Below, in pieces: positions 43,164 to 52,501 of a DNA stretch of 64,000 nucleotides. The position numbers and the translations under genes were made by a program. The DNA comes from an uncultured Candidatus Bathyarchaeia archaeon (GTDB lineage Archaea; Thermoproteota; Bathyarchaeia; Bathyarchaeales; Bathyarchaeaceae). Below the pieces are notes generated by a model that saw only the letters and a program-made list of their open reading frames with translations, searched no databases and was not told where the DNA came from. The DNA is taken from NCBI GenBank assembly GCA_964655075.1, contig CAZZLD010000002.1:166795-230794 (forward strand), written 5' to 3'. The first letter of the stretch is position 1; the number at the start of each line of letters is the position of its first letter.

Positions 43164-43586
43164 TTGAAGGGGAAGTACGAAAGCCTTTTGGAAACCTATA
43201 AATGCTTTAGCAGTACCAAATTTATATTTGAGTTGGTTATAGACTTGGATGAAGAAACAAGAGGCAATATTGAGCATACAATAGATGATGAACTGGAATT
43301 AAGCGTTCTCAATGAAGACACTAAGTGGGTCTTTGATACGATTCCGATTTCTTCAGAGAAAGACTTTCTTCTAGGATTTATTGTTGGAAAACTTATGACA
43401 GCGGCTTGGACCACTTTGATTGAGAGCCAAGGCAGATGCAACAAATCAAGACCTACAAGAAGTTCAGGAAATCATAAGGCGAAGACTTCCAGAAATTCAG
43501 GGCAAAATTGTAACAGAACTAAACAAATAACTCTCGCGTGTATAATTCTAAACATTAATAAAAGAAATTGCGGAGATAAATTGTGA
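43164..43586 (+). pseudogene. hypothetical gene with a probable +1 frameshift near 43420..43428
   Basis: The frame-0 tail (SQGRCNKSRPTRSSGNHKAKTSRNSGQNCNRTKQ...) looks non-protein-like. The +1 frame from 43420 reads RAKADATNQDLQEVQEIIRRRLPEIQGKIVTELNK and stops at 43528..43530. The start codon is uncertain, because there is no early in-frame ATG. Confidence 0.4.
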
Positions 43587-43640
43587 TTGATACTTTAGAT
43601 GCGGTATGTTGTCAGAAATCCTGCAGGAAATAAGAGGTAG

Positions 43641-44675
43641 ATGGGTATGCTTAAAGAAACGTTAGGGACAGTTGTTGAGAGAATAAAAAAACATCGCTCT
43701 TTTTATGAGCAAAATGAGATGGCAGTAAGAGACCAAATAATAACTCCCATCCTAAAAAGTTTGGGATGGAACCCTGAAAACCCAGAAGAAGTTCAGCCAA
43801 ACATCTTCACTCAAGAGGGGGTTCCAGATTATACACTTATAAAAAATGGCAAAAAGGTTCTGTTCATTGAAGTTAAGAAGTTATCTGTTGATGTCGAGCA
43901 AAAAGAGGTTATTCAACAATTGGCGAAATATTGCTTTGGAGAAGGAACGCAATATGGCGTTCTAACCAACGGGGCTATTTGGATAATCTTCAGAGCTTTT
44001 AAAGAAGGAACCACGATGGCGGAGCGGATAGTTTGGAAAACAGATATTGAAAGCGATGAACTAACGGCAAACATTAGGAGGCTCAACACAATCTCTAAGG
44101 AAAACATTGGGAATATTGAGAATCTTATAAAGAAACTCCAGATATTAGATGAAATTTGGCAATCTTTGGTGGAAGAACCAGAAGAAATTATTAAAGGACT
44201 TATTCCAGTTTTTAATAAGCTAATCGATGAAGGATACCCAAACTACAAATTTGAATCTTCAGAAATTGAGGATTTTCTAAGAGAAATGATTAAAGAATTA
44301 ATTACTCCTACGGAAGCGTTAGAGGTTGTTCCTTCTACACCACCAATTTGGGAAGGGAGGCATCCAAGAAAAATGAGAATCGCCGGTGATACTCTTGAAA
44401 TCAGAAATTCATACGAGATTTTAATAAACACTGCAGAATGGCTTATCAGAAAAGGGAAGTTAAAGAGAAGCGATTGTCCTGTACCAATTGGACGCAAGAG
44501 ACATCTGATAAATACAGAACCTAAACATAAATACGGAGACAATTTTACGTCGCCAAAGAAATTGTCCAATGGGCTATACGTTGAAGTTCATTACAGTACT
44601 GCAGGCTGTATTAATAGTGCTAGAAGATTACTTGAGAGGTTTGGCTATAAAGGAGATACGTTGCAAGTGCAATAA
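43641..44675 (+). CDS. PD-(D/E)xK nuclease-fold protein (type I restriction HsdR N-terminal-like domain) with an uncharacterised C-terminal half
   Basis: RDQIITPILKSLGW...GVPDYTLIKNGKKVLFIEVKKL...QQLAKYC...GVLTNGAIWIIF carries the D...E-V-K core typical of the HSDR_N family. Confidence 0.75.
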   Translation: MGMLKETLGTVVERIKKHRSFYEQNEMAVRDQIITPILKSLGWNPENPEEVQPNIFTQEGVPDYTLIKNGKKVLFIEVKKLSVDVEQKEVIQQLAKYCFGEGTQYGVLTNGAIWIIFRAFKEGTTMAERIVWKTDIESDELTANIRRLNTISKENIGNIENLIKKLQILDEIWQSLVEEPEEIIKGLIPVFNKLIDEGYPNYKFESSEIEDFLREMIKELITPTEALEVVPSTPPIWEGRHPRKMRIAGDTLEIRNSYEILINTAEWLIRKGKLKRSDCPVPIGRKRHLINTEPKHKYGDNFTSPKKLSNGLYVEVHYSTAGCINSARRLLERFGYKGDTLQVQ

Positions 44676-44697
44676 AATCTTCGGTGCGCGCATTTAA

Positions 44698-45330
44698 TTA
44701 TCGTTCGGAAATGTAGCGGCCTCTGCGTGCGATTTCCCTGATTTTCTCTAGTACGTTTTTGGCTTCGGTTTCGCCTACGGTTTCGCTGTAGCCTTCAATA
44801 ACCGCGTTAAAACACTTCTTCGCGTATCTCCAATGGGTGCTCTGAAGCGCCCTTTTCATAAGCTGCATGTCCACGCCTCTAGCCTCAAGTTCCTTCGATT
44901 TTTCGCTTAAGCCGAAGTCCATGAAAACCACTTTGCTGTGCGGCGTCAGAATCATGTTTGAGGTGGTTAAGTCGCCGTGGATTATGCCGCTGTTGTGGAG
45001 ACGCCCGATGAGCCTGCCGATGTGTCTGCAGAGGCGAGTTCTTTCTTCGGCGGAAACTTCGTCTAACACCTGCTTAACCTGTTTTCCCTCCACGAACTCC
45101 ATGATTATGGTTGCTTCAGCCACGTCAACCATGAAAATCGTGGGGGTCGGAACACCGGCTTCCTTCGCCATGTGGAGAAACTGCGGTTCACGCACGGTTC
45201 GCTGAGACTTAATCACCTCATCCAATTTAGGTAAGCGGTATCTTTTCGGTAACCGCCTCTTCATTATTACTTTGCGCCCATGCCACTTCTCTAAAAATAG
45301 GCTCGCCTCAGCGCCTTTCTTAATCAGCAT
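44698..45330 (-). CDS. bud32: KEOPS subunit Bud32 (Kae1-associated atypical kinase)
   Basis: GAEASLFLEKWHGRKVIMKRRLPKRYRLPKLD..., HGDLTTSNMI and FMDFGLS. Located 3 nt downstream of kae1. Confidence 0.9.
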   Translation of the reverse strand: MLIKKGAEASLFLEKWHGRKVIMKRRLPKRYRLPKLDEVIKSQRTVREPQFLHMAKEAGVPTPTIFMVDVAEATIIMEFVEGKQVKQVLDEVSAEERTRLCRHIGRLIGRLHNSGIIHGDLTTSNMILTPHSKVVFMDFGLSEKSKELEARGVDMQLMKRALQSTHWRYAKKCFNAVIEGYSETVGETEAKNVLEKIREIARRGRYISER

Positions 45331-45333
45331 CAG

Positions 45334-46377
45334 CTATCCCTCGATCCAAGGCACATGAACCTCGTCTAACCGCCACTTTACTTTAACAAAGCTTTCTTCC
45401 AGTGGAACCGTTAAGCCGTGCTTGTAGGCGAGGATGCCTGTCCAAGCGATCATGGCGCCGTTGTCCAACGCGTAAGCCTTAGGAACAACGCAGAATCGGG
45501 CGTTATGCTCCTCAGCGACCACCTGAAGCATCTGCTGGAGCCGACGGTTGGCTGCAACCCCCCCGGTTAGCAAAACCTCAGGCTTCTCAGTGTGCGCCAC
45601 CGCCCTCTCCGTGACCTCGGTAAGCATAGAAAACGCCACCTCCTGAAGACTGAAACAAAGGTCTTCAAGGCGATATTCCCCCTTGTGAAGCAATTGCGTA
45701 ACTGCCGTCAGAAGCCCGCTGAAGGAAAGGTTCATTCCCTTCACGGTGTAAGGAAGTGGCACGAAGGCTTTGCCTTGCTCAGCCAGTCGCTCAATCACTG
45801 CGCCGAACGCTGCTCCACCCTCTTGGCTTAATCCCGCTTCTCGGGCAAAGACATCGATGCAGTTTCCGACAGCTATGTCGAGGGTTTCGCCGAAAACCCG
45901 ATATTTTCCCGCGTCGAAGGCGGATACGATGGTGTTGCCTCCAGAAACATAAAGCGTAACGGGGTCCACTGCCTCGGATATGAGTTTGCCTATTTCAATG
46001 TGGGCGACGCAGTGGTTGACGCCGACCAAAGGAACGCCTAGGTAAGAGGCTAAGGCGCGGGCTGCTGTTGCTCCAGTTCGGAGGCAGGGTCCTAAACCGG
46101 GTCCCTGAGAAAAAGCAACTAGGCTGATGTCCTTAGGCTTGATTTCAGCCTTTTGAAAAGCTTCAGCTAAGACTTTATCCGCGGCTTCCGCGTGGTGCCT
46201 AGCGGCTTCGCGGGGGTGAATTCCGCCTTTCTCGGGCACATAGGCGCTGATGACGTTGGCTAGCACTTCGCCTCTGAAGGAGAGGATGCCGACGCTGAAG
46301 TCGTCGGCTGTGGATTCTATGCCTAGACAATATTTTGCAGTTGAGCTTTTCAAGGAAGCCCGCCTTCTTTGAATCAT
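45334..46377 (-). CDS. kae1: tRNA N6-adenosine threonylcarbamoyltransferase Kae1
   Basis: CLGIESTADDFSVGI, GVNHCVAHIE, YVSGGNT and LTGGVAAN. Confidence 0.92.
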   Translation of the reverse strand: MIQRRRASLKSSTAKYCLGIESTADDFSVGILSFRGEVLANVISAYVPEKGGIHPREAARHHAEAADKVLAEAFQKAEIKPKDISLVAFSQGPGLGPCLRTGATAARALASYLGVPLVGVNHCVAHIEIGKLISEAVDPVTLYVSGGNTIVSAFDAGKYRVFGETLDIAVGNCIDVFAREAGLSQEGGAAFGAVIERLAEQGKAFVPLPYTVKGMNLSFSGLLTAVTQLLHKGEYRLEDLCFSLQEVAFSMLTEVTERAVAHTEKPEVLLTGGVAANRRLQQMLQVVAEEHNARFCVVPKAYALDNGAMIAWTGILAYKHGLTVPLEESFVKVKWRLDEVHVPWIEG

Positions 46378-46509
46378 TGAAAATACAACGTCTGGGGGTT
46401 AAAAACGTTTTACGGTTCGCTGGCGCCTAGAAACTAGTTAAGGATTTTTGGTGTAAACACCAAAATTGTTTATATTCCCCACTGAATCCTTTTCCTAAGG
46501 TGTCAAGAT

Positions 46510-47994
46510 ATGAGGAGAGACAGAAGCCCTCCCAGAAGTTTATCCCGGGTTCCGCTTGAAAAAGTCGATGACTATGTTTGGCGGATTCCTCAAAGTTATA
46601 AACCAGGCATGCGAGTGCCGGGCATAGTTCTCGCTGACGACGACCTGATAAAGAAGATGCAAACCGACAGGACGCTTGAACAATGCTCGAATGTAACCCA
46701 CCTGCCGGGCATCTACAAACACGCGATAACTTTACCCGACGGTCACGAGGGCTACGGTTTCCCAATCGGCGGCGTGGCTGCCACTGACTACGAAGAGGGG
46801 GTCATTAGTCCAGGCGGCGTCGGCTATGACATAAATTGTGGCGTCCGCCTCTTAACCACAAACCTAACTGAGAAAGACTTACGGCCACACTTAGTTCAAC
46901 TCGTGAACAGCATTTTCAACAATGTACCCTGCGGGCTTGGAAGCCGCCGGAAAGACTTCCGCGTATCCGCTCATGAACTGGACCAGCTTGTAGCCGAAGG
47001 CGTTCAATGGGTCATAGACAAAGGCTTAGGCAGACCCGAAGACATCGAACACTGCGAGGAAAGAGGATGCATGAAAAATGCTAATCCCGTTAAGGTTTCA
47101 ACTACAGCTAAGAGCCGGGGAAGCACCCAGATCGGAACGTTAGGCAGCGGAAACCACTTCCTAGAGATCCAAAAAGTGGACAGAATCTTCAACCGTGAAG
47201 TGGCTAAGGCTTTCGGCATCACCGAGGAGGGGCAGGTGACTACTATGATTCACTGCGGCAGCCGCGGATTCGGGCATCAGGTTTGCTCGGATTACCTGCG
47301 CGTCATGGAACGAGCCATCCACAAATACAAGATCGCGTTGCCTGACCGCGAGTTAGCCTGCGCGCCTGGAACGAGCCCTGAAGCCGAGGACTATTATCAA
47401 GCGATGGCTTGCGCTGTCAACTACGCCTTCTCTAACCGTCAGGCAATCACCCACTGGGTGCGAGAGAGCTTCGAACAGACTTTGAAGAGACCTGCTGACG
47501 AAATCGGCTTAGACCTCGTCTACGACGTAGCGCATAACATCGCGAAAATTGAGGAGCACAAGGTCAACGGCGAAAAACGCAAAGTCTGGGTTCACCGAAA
47601 AGGTGCCACCCGAGCTTTTCCGCCGGGACACGCAAGCGTCACCGAGGACTACCGCAGCGTAGGGCAACCCGTTATAATTCCGGGGTCGATGGGAACCAGC
47701 TCGTGGGTTTTAGTTGGCGCGCCTAAGTCCATGGAGGTTTCTTTCGGTTCAACGGCGCATGGAGCGGGGCGTATGATGAGCCGCGCGGCTGCTAAGCGGA
47801 GGTTTTGGGGTGGTGACGTCAAGAAGGCTTTGGAGGAGCGCGGGATCGCTGTTAGGTCTGCGAGTGCGGTTGTTTTGGCTGAGGAGGCTGACCCCGCTTA
47901 CAAGGATGTCGACAGGGTTGCTGAGGTGAGCCACAGGTTAGGAATCGCCACGAAGGTCTGCAGATTAACCCCTATGGGAGTTGTTAAGGGCTGA
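46510..47994 (+). CDS. rtcB: RNA-splicing ligase RtcB
   Basis: GYDINCGVRLL, GSGNHFLEIQ, HCGSRGFGHQV, HRKGATRAF and AHGAGR. Uninterrupted (no intein). Confidence 0.95.
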   Translation: MRRDRSPPRSLSRVPLEKVDDYVWRIPQSYKPGMRVPGIVLADDDLIKKMQTDRTLEQCSNVTHLPGIYKHAITLPDGHEGYGFPIGGVAATDYEEGVISPGGVGYDINCGVRLLTTNLTEKDLRPHLVQLVNSIFNNVPCGLGSRRKDFRVSAHELDQLVAEGVQWVIDKGLGRPEDIEHCEERGCMKNANPVKVSTTAKSRGSTQIGTLGSGNHFLEIQKVDRIFNREVAKAFGITEEGQVTTMIHCGSRGFGHQVCSDYLRVMERAIHKYKIALPDRELACAPGTSPEAEDYYQAMACAVNYAFSNRQAITHWVRESFEQTLKRPADEIGLDLVYDVAHNIAKIEEHKVNGEKRKVWVHRKGATRAFPPGHASVTEDYRSVGQPVIIPGSMGTSSWVLVGAPKSMEVSFGSTAHGAGRMMSRAAAKRRFWGGDVKKALEERGIAVRSASAVVLAEEADPAYKDVDRVAEVSHRLGIATKVCRLTPMGVVKG

Positions 47995-48061
47995 TCTGAA
48001 ATCTCATCAGGCATGACTATTTTAAATAGACTTATCTCAATAATAGGGAAGAGGCAAGTGG

Positions 48062-49498
48062 ATGTCCGGAGCTCCAGTCAGTTTTGTAATAGACATTGAA
48101 GTTGCGCCCACTTATCTAGGTAACCTCATAGACTTCATCCAGCAACGCTACATTATGCCCCGCAGTCAACTTTTCACTTACGTCCTTAAGAAAACCGTTG
48201 ACGACACTCAGATTCTGGCTTTCACGATCGGCGGTCCGGGGCAAAGAGGGTATATCGACGTTGAAATGAGAATGGGAAACCCTATCCAAGTGACTATGGT
48301 TCCCAGCGACGAAACTGTGCCTCAAGCGGCTTTAGACAAGCTTAAAGAAGACCTGTTTATTTTGGTTCGGCTTTTTGAGGAGGGGGTTAGGAGGACTACG
48401 CTTTATTTTGCTTGGGTGGCAGGAGAGGAAGTTATACCTGAGAAGACGCCGTTAACGCACAGAAAGTCGCCTCAGAGAATATTCTTCGGCAGCATGCTTC
48501 CGTTCTTCATCTTATTCTTCATGGTTAGCATCGTCTTGTTTTTGTTTTTACCGTTTATTTACGCAGTGATAGGTATAGTCGTCATTCAATTGTTGTTAGT
48601 TCTTAATACTGATAAGCTGATTGCGAGAACGGGAGACTGGCGAGTCACTCAGAAAAGGCCCTACGTTCACCTCTTACAGTATCATCTACCTGTGAACGAG
48701 CATGAACAGTTCCAGCAGAAATATTCGCGGGATCAGCTAATTAAAATGAAGGATGAAATCTACGAGAAAACGCTAGCCGTTGGAAAAGCACTTGACTGCC
48801 AAACCGCCATGGAGGTTCTTTCGAAACACGGTTTCGAATGTGTCCCTGAGAACATGTCAGCTAAAAAAGTGAACGTTTACGAACTTGTGAAGAAAGTTGC
48901 AGACAAATTTGGCTTACCTGTTCCGAAGATAGTTATTTCAAACACTATGCTGCCTAACGCTGCAGCCTCTGGGCCGAGCCCAAGCCACGGCGTTGTCCTC
49001 ATCACCACGGGCTTACTAGTTCAACTGGAGGAAGATGAAATAACCAGCGTCATAGGACACGAGTTCAGCCATCTCAAAGGCAGGGATCCGCTTAACATGT
49101 TCGGCTTAATGATGAGCGAGTACCTGCTCAGATTATACATTCTTTACAGTTTGTTCATTTACGTTCCCTTTTTCTTCTTCTATTTCTACTTCATAGGCAT
49201 AATGGCTCTGCTCTTCTTTATTGCCAAGTTTTTTGAAGCCAGAGCGGACTTGGAATCGGCTGTTAGGATAGGTCAACCTAAGGTTTTGGCTGAAGCTCTC
49301 AGGAAAATCGGATTTAGAAGACTGCAGATTGAACGTGCGCGAGCTGGGAGGTCGGGTTGGATTGGGTGGGATCCGCATCCGCCCATTTCCTTCAGGATCG
49401 CCAGGTTGGAAAAGTTGGAGACCCCGGTTAAAGTTAAGCATCTTCTCTTTCAATCAGCTAAGGATGTTGTAAACGGGTTTCTGGCGGCCATACGGTAA
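48062..49498 (+). CDS. M48-family (HtpX-like) membrane zinc metalloprotease with an extra N-terminal domain
   Basis: HEFSHLKGRD (HExxH) between TM helices, and a downstream E in FFEARADLESA. Confidence 0.8.
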   Translation: MSGAPVSFVIDIEVAPTYLGNLIDFIQQRYIMPRSQLFTYVLKKTVDDTQILAFTIGGPGQRGYIDVEMRMGNPIQVTMVPSDETVPQAALDKLKEDLFILVRLFEEGVRRTTLYFAWVAGEEVIPEKTPLTHRKSPQRIFFGSMLPFFILFFMVSIVLFLFLPFIYAVIGIVVIQLLLVLNTDKLIARTGDWRVTQKRPYVHLLQYHLPVNEHEQFQQKYSRDQLIKMKDEIYEKTLAVGKALDCQTAMEVLSKHGFECVPENMSAKKVNVYELVKKVADKFGLPVPKIVISNTMLPNAAASGPSPSHGVVLITTGLLVQLEEDEITSVIGHEFSHLKGRDPLNMFGLMMSEYLLRLYILYSLFIYVPFFFFYFYFIGIMALLFFIAKFFEARADLESAVRIGQPKVLAEALRKIGFRRLQIERARAGRSGWIGWDPHPPISFRIARLEKLETPVKVKHLLFQSAKDVVNGFLAAIR

Positions 49499-49552
49499 AA
49501 TTGAAAAGGTAGTCCGCTATAGAGGTAAGTCAACTGGAGAAAGGTGATTTGA

Positions 49553-49822
49553 ATGCCAGTTGAGGAGATCAAGGTTTTCACTCTGCCGAACTGCCCGAAA
49601 TGCCCCGCAGCGAAAAAGATCGCCAAAGATGTCGCGGAAGAATTTAAGATAAAGTTCACCGAGGTCGACATCGGATCAGCGGAAGGACAAATAGAAGGTT
49701 TAATGCATCAGATTATGAGCACGCCGAGCGTCGCCATAGACGACGATGTCGTATCCCGCGGGGAAATAGTTCCGAAGAAGCAGTTGGAAGAAGAAGTGAA
49801 GAAGAGACTTTCTTCGCAATAG
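49553..49822 (+). CDS. glutaredoxin/thioredoxin-fold small redox protein
   Basis: The CPKC active site within VFTLPNCPKCPAAKKIA, and later ..STPSVAIDD. Confidence 0.8.
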   Translation: MPVEEIKVFTLPNCPKCPAAKKIAKDVAEEFKIKFTEVDIGSAEGQIEGLMHQIMSTPSVAIDDDVVSRGEIVPKKQLEEEVKKRLSSQ

Positions 49823-49834
49823 GACACCTGAAAA

Positions 49835-50539
49835 ATGGAGATTAAAGGTTTCATCGACCTCAGCCTCGTGGATTGGGATGGAAAAGTAGCCTCAGTCATG
49901 TTTCTTCCGCGCTGCAACCTGCGGTGTCCATTCTGCTATAACTCCAGTTTCGTTCTTCATCCAGAGAGCCACCCGACGGTTCCTCTGGAAGAGGTTATGG
50001 GTTATCTAGAGAAGAACCGAGAGTGGGTTGACGGGGTGGCTATAACGGGCGGAGAGCCGACTCTTCAGAAGGATCTGCCTGAACTCTGCTCGAAACTGAA
50101 GACGATGGGCTTCCTGGTCAAGTTGGACACTAACGGAACTAACCCCGCGATGGTGAAAGAGCTGATCGCTGACGGACTTGTTGACTACGTAGCCATGGAC
50201 GTTAAGGCGCCCCTGACCGTGGAGGACTACTCTAGGGTCTGCGGTGTAAACGCGGAGAACCTGCTGGGAAAAGTTCAGGAGACAATAGGGATACTGCTTA
50301 ATTCTAACGTGGATTACGAGTTTAGAACAACCGTGGTTCCGACGCTTCATACAAAGGAAGACATCGTGAAGATAAGCCGCGCGATAGAGGGCTGCCGGAA
50401 ATATGCGTTACAGAACTTCAAAGGCGACATTGACCCGATAAATCCGGAGTTTAAGAAGCTTAAGCCCTTCACCGACGGGGAGATGCAGGTTTTCCTCGAG
50501 GCTGCCAAAAAAACGGTTCCTACTGCTGTTTTAAGGTGA
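49835..50539 (+). CDS. radical SAM activase, anaerobic ribonucleotide reductase activating protein (NrdG)-like
   Basis: SLVDWDGKVASVMFLPRCNLRCPFCYN (CX3CX2C) and GVAITGGEPTLQ. Confidence 0.8.
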   Translation: MEIKGFIDLSLVDWDGKVASVMFLPRCNLRCPFCYNSSFVLHPESHPTVPLEEVMGYLEKNREWVDGVAITGGEPTLQKDLPELCSKLKTMGFLVKLDTNGTNPAMVKELIADGLVDYVAMDVKAPLTVEDYSRVCGVNAENLLGKVQETIGILLNSNVDYEFRTTVVPTLHTKEDIVKISRAIEGCRKYALQNFKGDIDPINPEFKKLKPFTDGEMQVFLEAAKKTVPTAVLR

Positions 50540-50550
50540 GAAGCAGAGAT

Positions 50551-51102
50551 ATGGCATCGAAAAGGGATTTCATGGTTTTTCTTGATGAGAACATTTCGAA
50601 TGAAAACCTAAAGAAGCACATGGTCGCTGTTTCAGCTATAATGCAGGGCCTTGCGAGAAGATTAGGTGAAGACAAAGAAACGTGGGAGCTCACTGGACTG
50701 CTGCATGACATAGACTACGAAAAGGTTGATGGAAACATGGATAGACACGGCTTGGTCTCTGCAGAAATGCTCAAGGGAAAGCTTCCTGAAAACTGTCTAC
50801 GTGCCATAAGAGCCCACAACGAGAGAACAGGTGTGAACGCCGAAAACATGCTTGACAAAGCCCTGATAGCTGCTGATGCTGTTTCTGGGCTGATTGTAGC
50901 CGCTGCCTTGGTTATGCCGAACAGGAGGCTTTCAGAGGTTAAGGTCTCGACTTTGAAGAAGAAGTTTAAGGATAAATCCTTCGCGAGGAACGTGGACAGA
51001 AACAGAGTAAAGGTCTGCGAAGATATAGGCTTAGATTTTGAGGAATTTCTTGAAATCACCTTAAAATCCCTCCAACCAGTAAGCGCCCAGCTAGGGCTCT
51101 GA
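50551..51102 (+). CDS. HD-domain metal-dependent phosphohydrolase
   Basis: HMVAVSAIMQGLA...TGLLHDIDYE. ATG at 50551 is preferred over the GTG at 50536. Confidence 0.75.
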   Translation: MASKRDFMVFLDENISNENLKKHMVAVSAIMQGLARRLGEDKETWELTGLLHDIDYEKVDGNMDRHGLVSAEMLKGKLPENCLRAIRAHNERTGVNAENMLDKALIAADAVSGLIVAAALVMPNRRLSEVKVSTLKKKFKDKSFARNVDRNRVKVCEDIGLDFEEFLEITLKSLQPVSAQLGL

Positions 51103-51133
51103 CCAACAAAAAAGAAAAGGACGTTTTAGTCGT

Positions 51134-52370
51134 TTAGCGGATTGATGCTCTGAGCAGTTTTCGTTTGTAGACGGCTACGGCAGCCGTGAGCACGATTAAT
51201 ATCGGTAGAATTGAGGTCCATGTGGGAAACTCGGGAACTACCGGATAGTTGTCTTGGTTGTCTTCTTCGATGAAGTAGGGCCCGTCCCAAAAGCCGTCGC
51301 TTCCTGTTTCGTTTTGACTTGGACCGCTGTAACTGTCTCCAACAAGGGGATAGCGGTCTGGAAAGTCACTCCAGTAGTTTCCGCCTGAGGGATAGCCGTC
51401 ATCCCAAGAGTTAGCGTACTCAGCTGTGGCTATCGCCTGTTGCGTATTGTTTATGAAATAGTTGTGGTAAATAGAATTGTTTGAAGACGCAGAGAGCCAG
51501 ATGCCATAATCGTTGTTTGTTACGTTGTTCCCAACTATAGTGTTGTTTAAAGCCCCGGTGACACCGACGCCTACGTAGTTTTCTGTTACGCTGTTTCCTG
51601 ATACGTTGTTATAGTTTGAATTCTGATGGAGGTTGATTCCGTAGCCGTCGTTGCTTGTCACGTTGTTTCCAAAGATGTTGTTGTGGTTTGAAGAATCGTA
51701 GAGGTAAATGCCTCCCACATTGGCTGTTACCAAATTTCCAAATATGTCAGTGAAGTTCGAGGAATCGGCTAGGAAGACTCCGTATAAATCGTTTTCCGTT
51801 ATGTTGTTGCCATAAACGTCGATGTAATAGGAAGAAGCACTTATGGTTATACCGTAGTTGTCGTTTGCCTCAATATGGTTGCCGTATATACTGCAGTTCG
51901 AAGAAGAGGCGAGTCTGATGCCGCTGCCACCGTTGTTCACTACGGTGTTCCCATATACGTTTGTGTGATTCGAATTATCGCTGAGGTAGATTCCATCCTC
52001 GGTGCTTGTTATGTTATTTCCGTATATTGTGCAGTTTGGAGAAGAATAAAGCTTGATGCCCGTCCAGAAATCCATGATTGTTACGTTCCTGACCGTCAGG
52101 TTGACTACTGCCTGCCCCGTCAAGTACCGTGTTGTTTCTTTCCACAACGATTCCGTTGTTAAAGCCGTCGGTGGTGATGTTGCCAGTGAGGGTATAAGTG
52201 ACGTTGTCGGTACTGGTGATGTTTGCTGTTGGTGGATCAATGCTTCCGTCGGCTCTAATGTAAATGGTTACAGGCTCTGCTTTAACTGGCTGAATGGAAA
52301 AAGTCAATGCTAACACACCTATCAGAAACAGCGACAACGCCATACAGATAATTACTTTTGACTTCATCAT
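51134..52370 (-). pseudogene. frameshifted NosD-like beta-helix surface protein with a PEF-CTERM-like tail
   Basis: ORF 52014..52370 encodes signal MMKSKVIICMALSLF...IQPVKA...VVERNNTVLDGAG. ORF 51134..52240 encodes ...VVNLTVRNVTI plus PbH1 repeats plus VPEFPTWTSILPILIVLTAAVAVYKRK. Together they are the two halves of one gene, with the frame switch at about 52105..52115. Confidence 0.75.
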
Positions 52371-52501
52371 AGACTCCGTTTAGATAGCTATCTCATTAAT
52401 TAGAATTTAATGGTTTCCCTGTTGCTTACGTAATTGTTCATGCACAAACATGGTTTCTAGCGAGGTGTTAAGGGGAGAAGTGGAATATCACAGGATGGTT
52501 A

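Noticed and set aside
46510-47994. Possible intein or other insertion in RtcB
   Set aside because: The conserved RtcB motifs occur at normal spacing in a 494-aa protein, and there is no extra block of about 130-400 aa.
52071-52127. The frame-B reading RYLTGQ resembling the HILAG/YTLQG segment of the paralogues, which would place the frameshift further upstream
   Set aside because: The same nucleotides encode VLDGAG in frame A. That reading continues an unambiguous match (VVERNNTVLDGAG versus VVERDNIIFDGAG), so the frame-B similarity is most likely coincidental.
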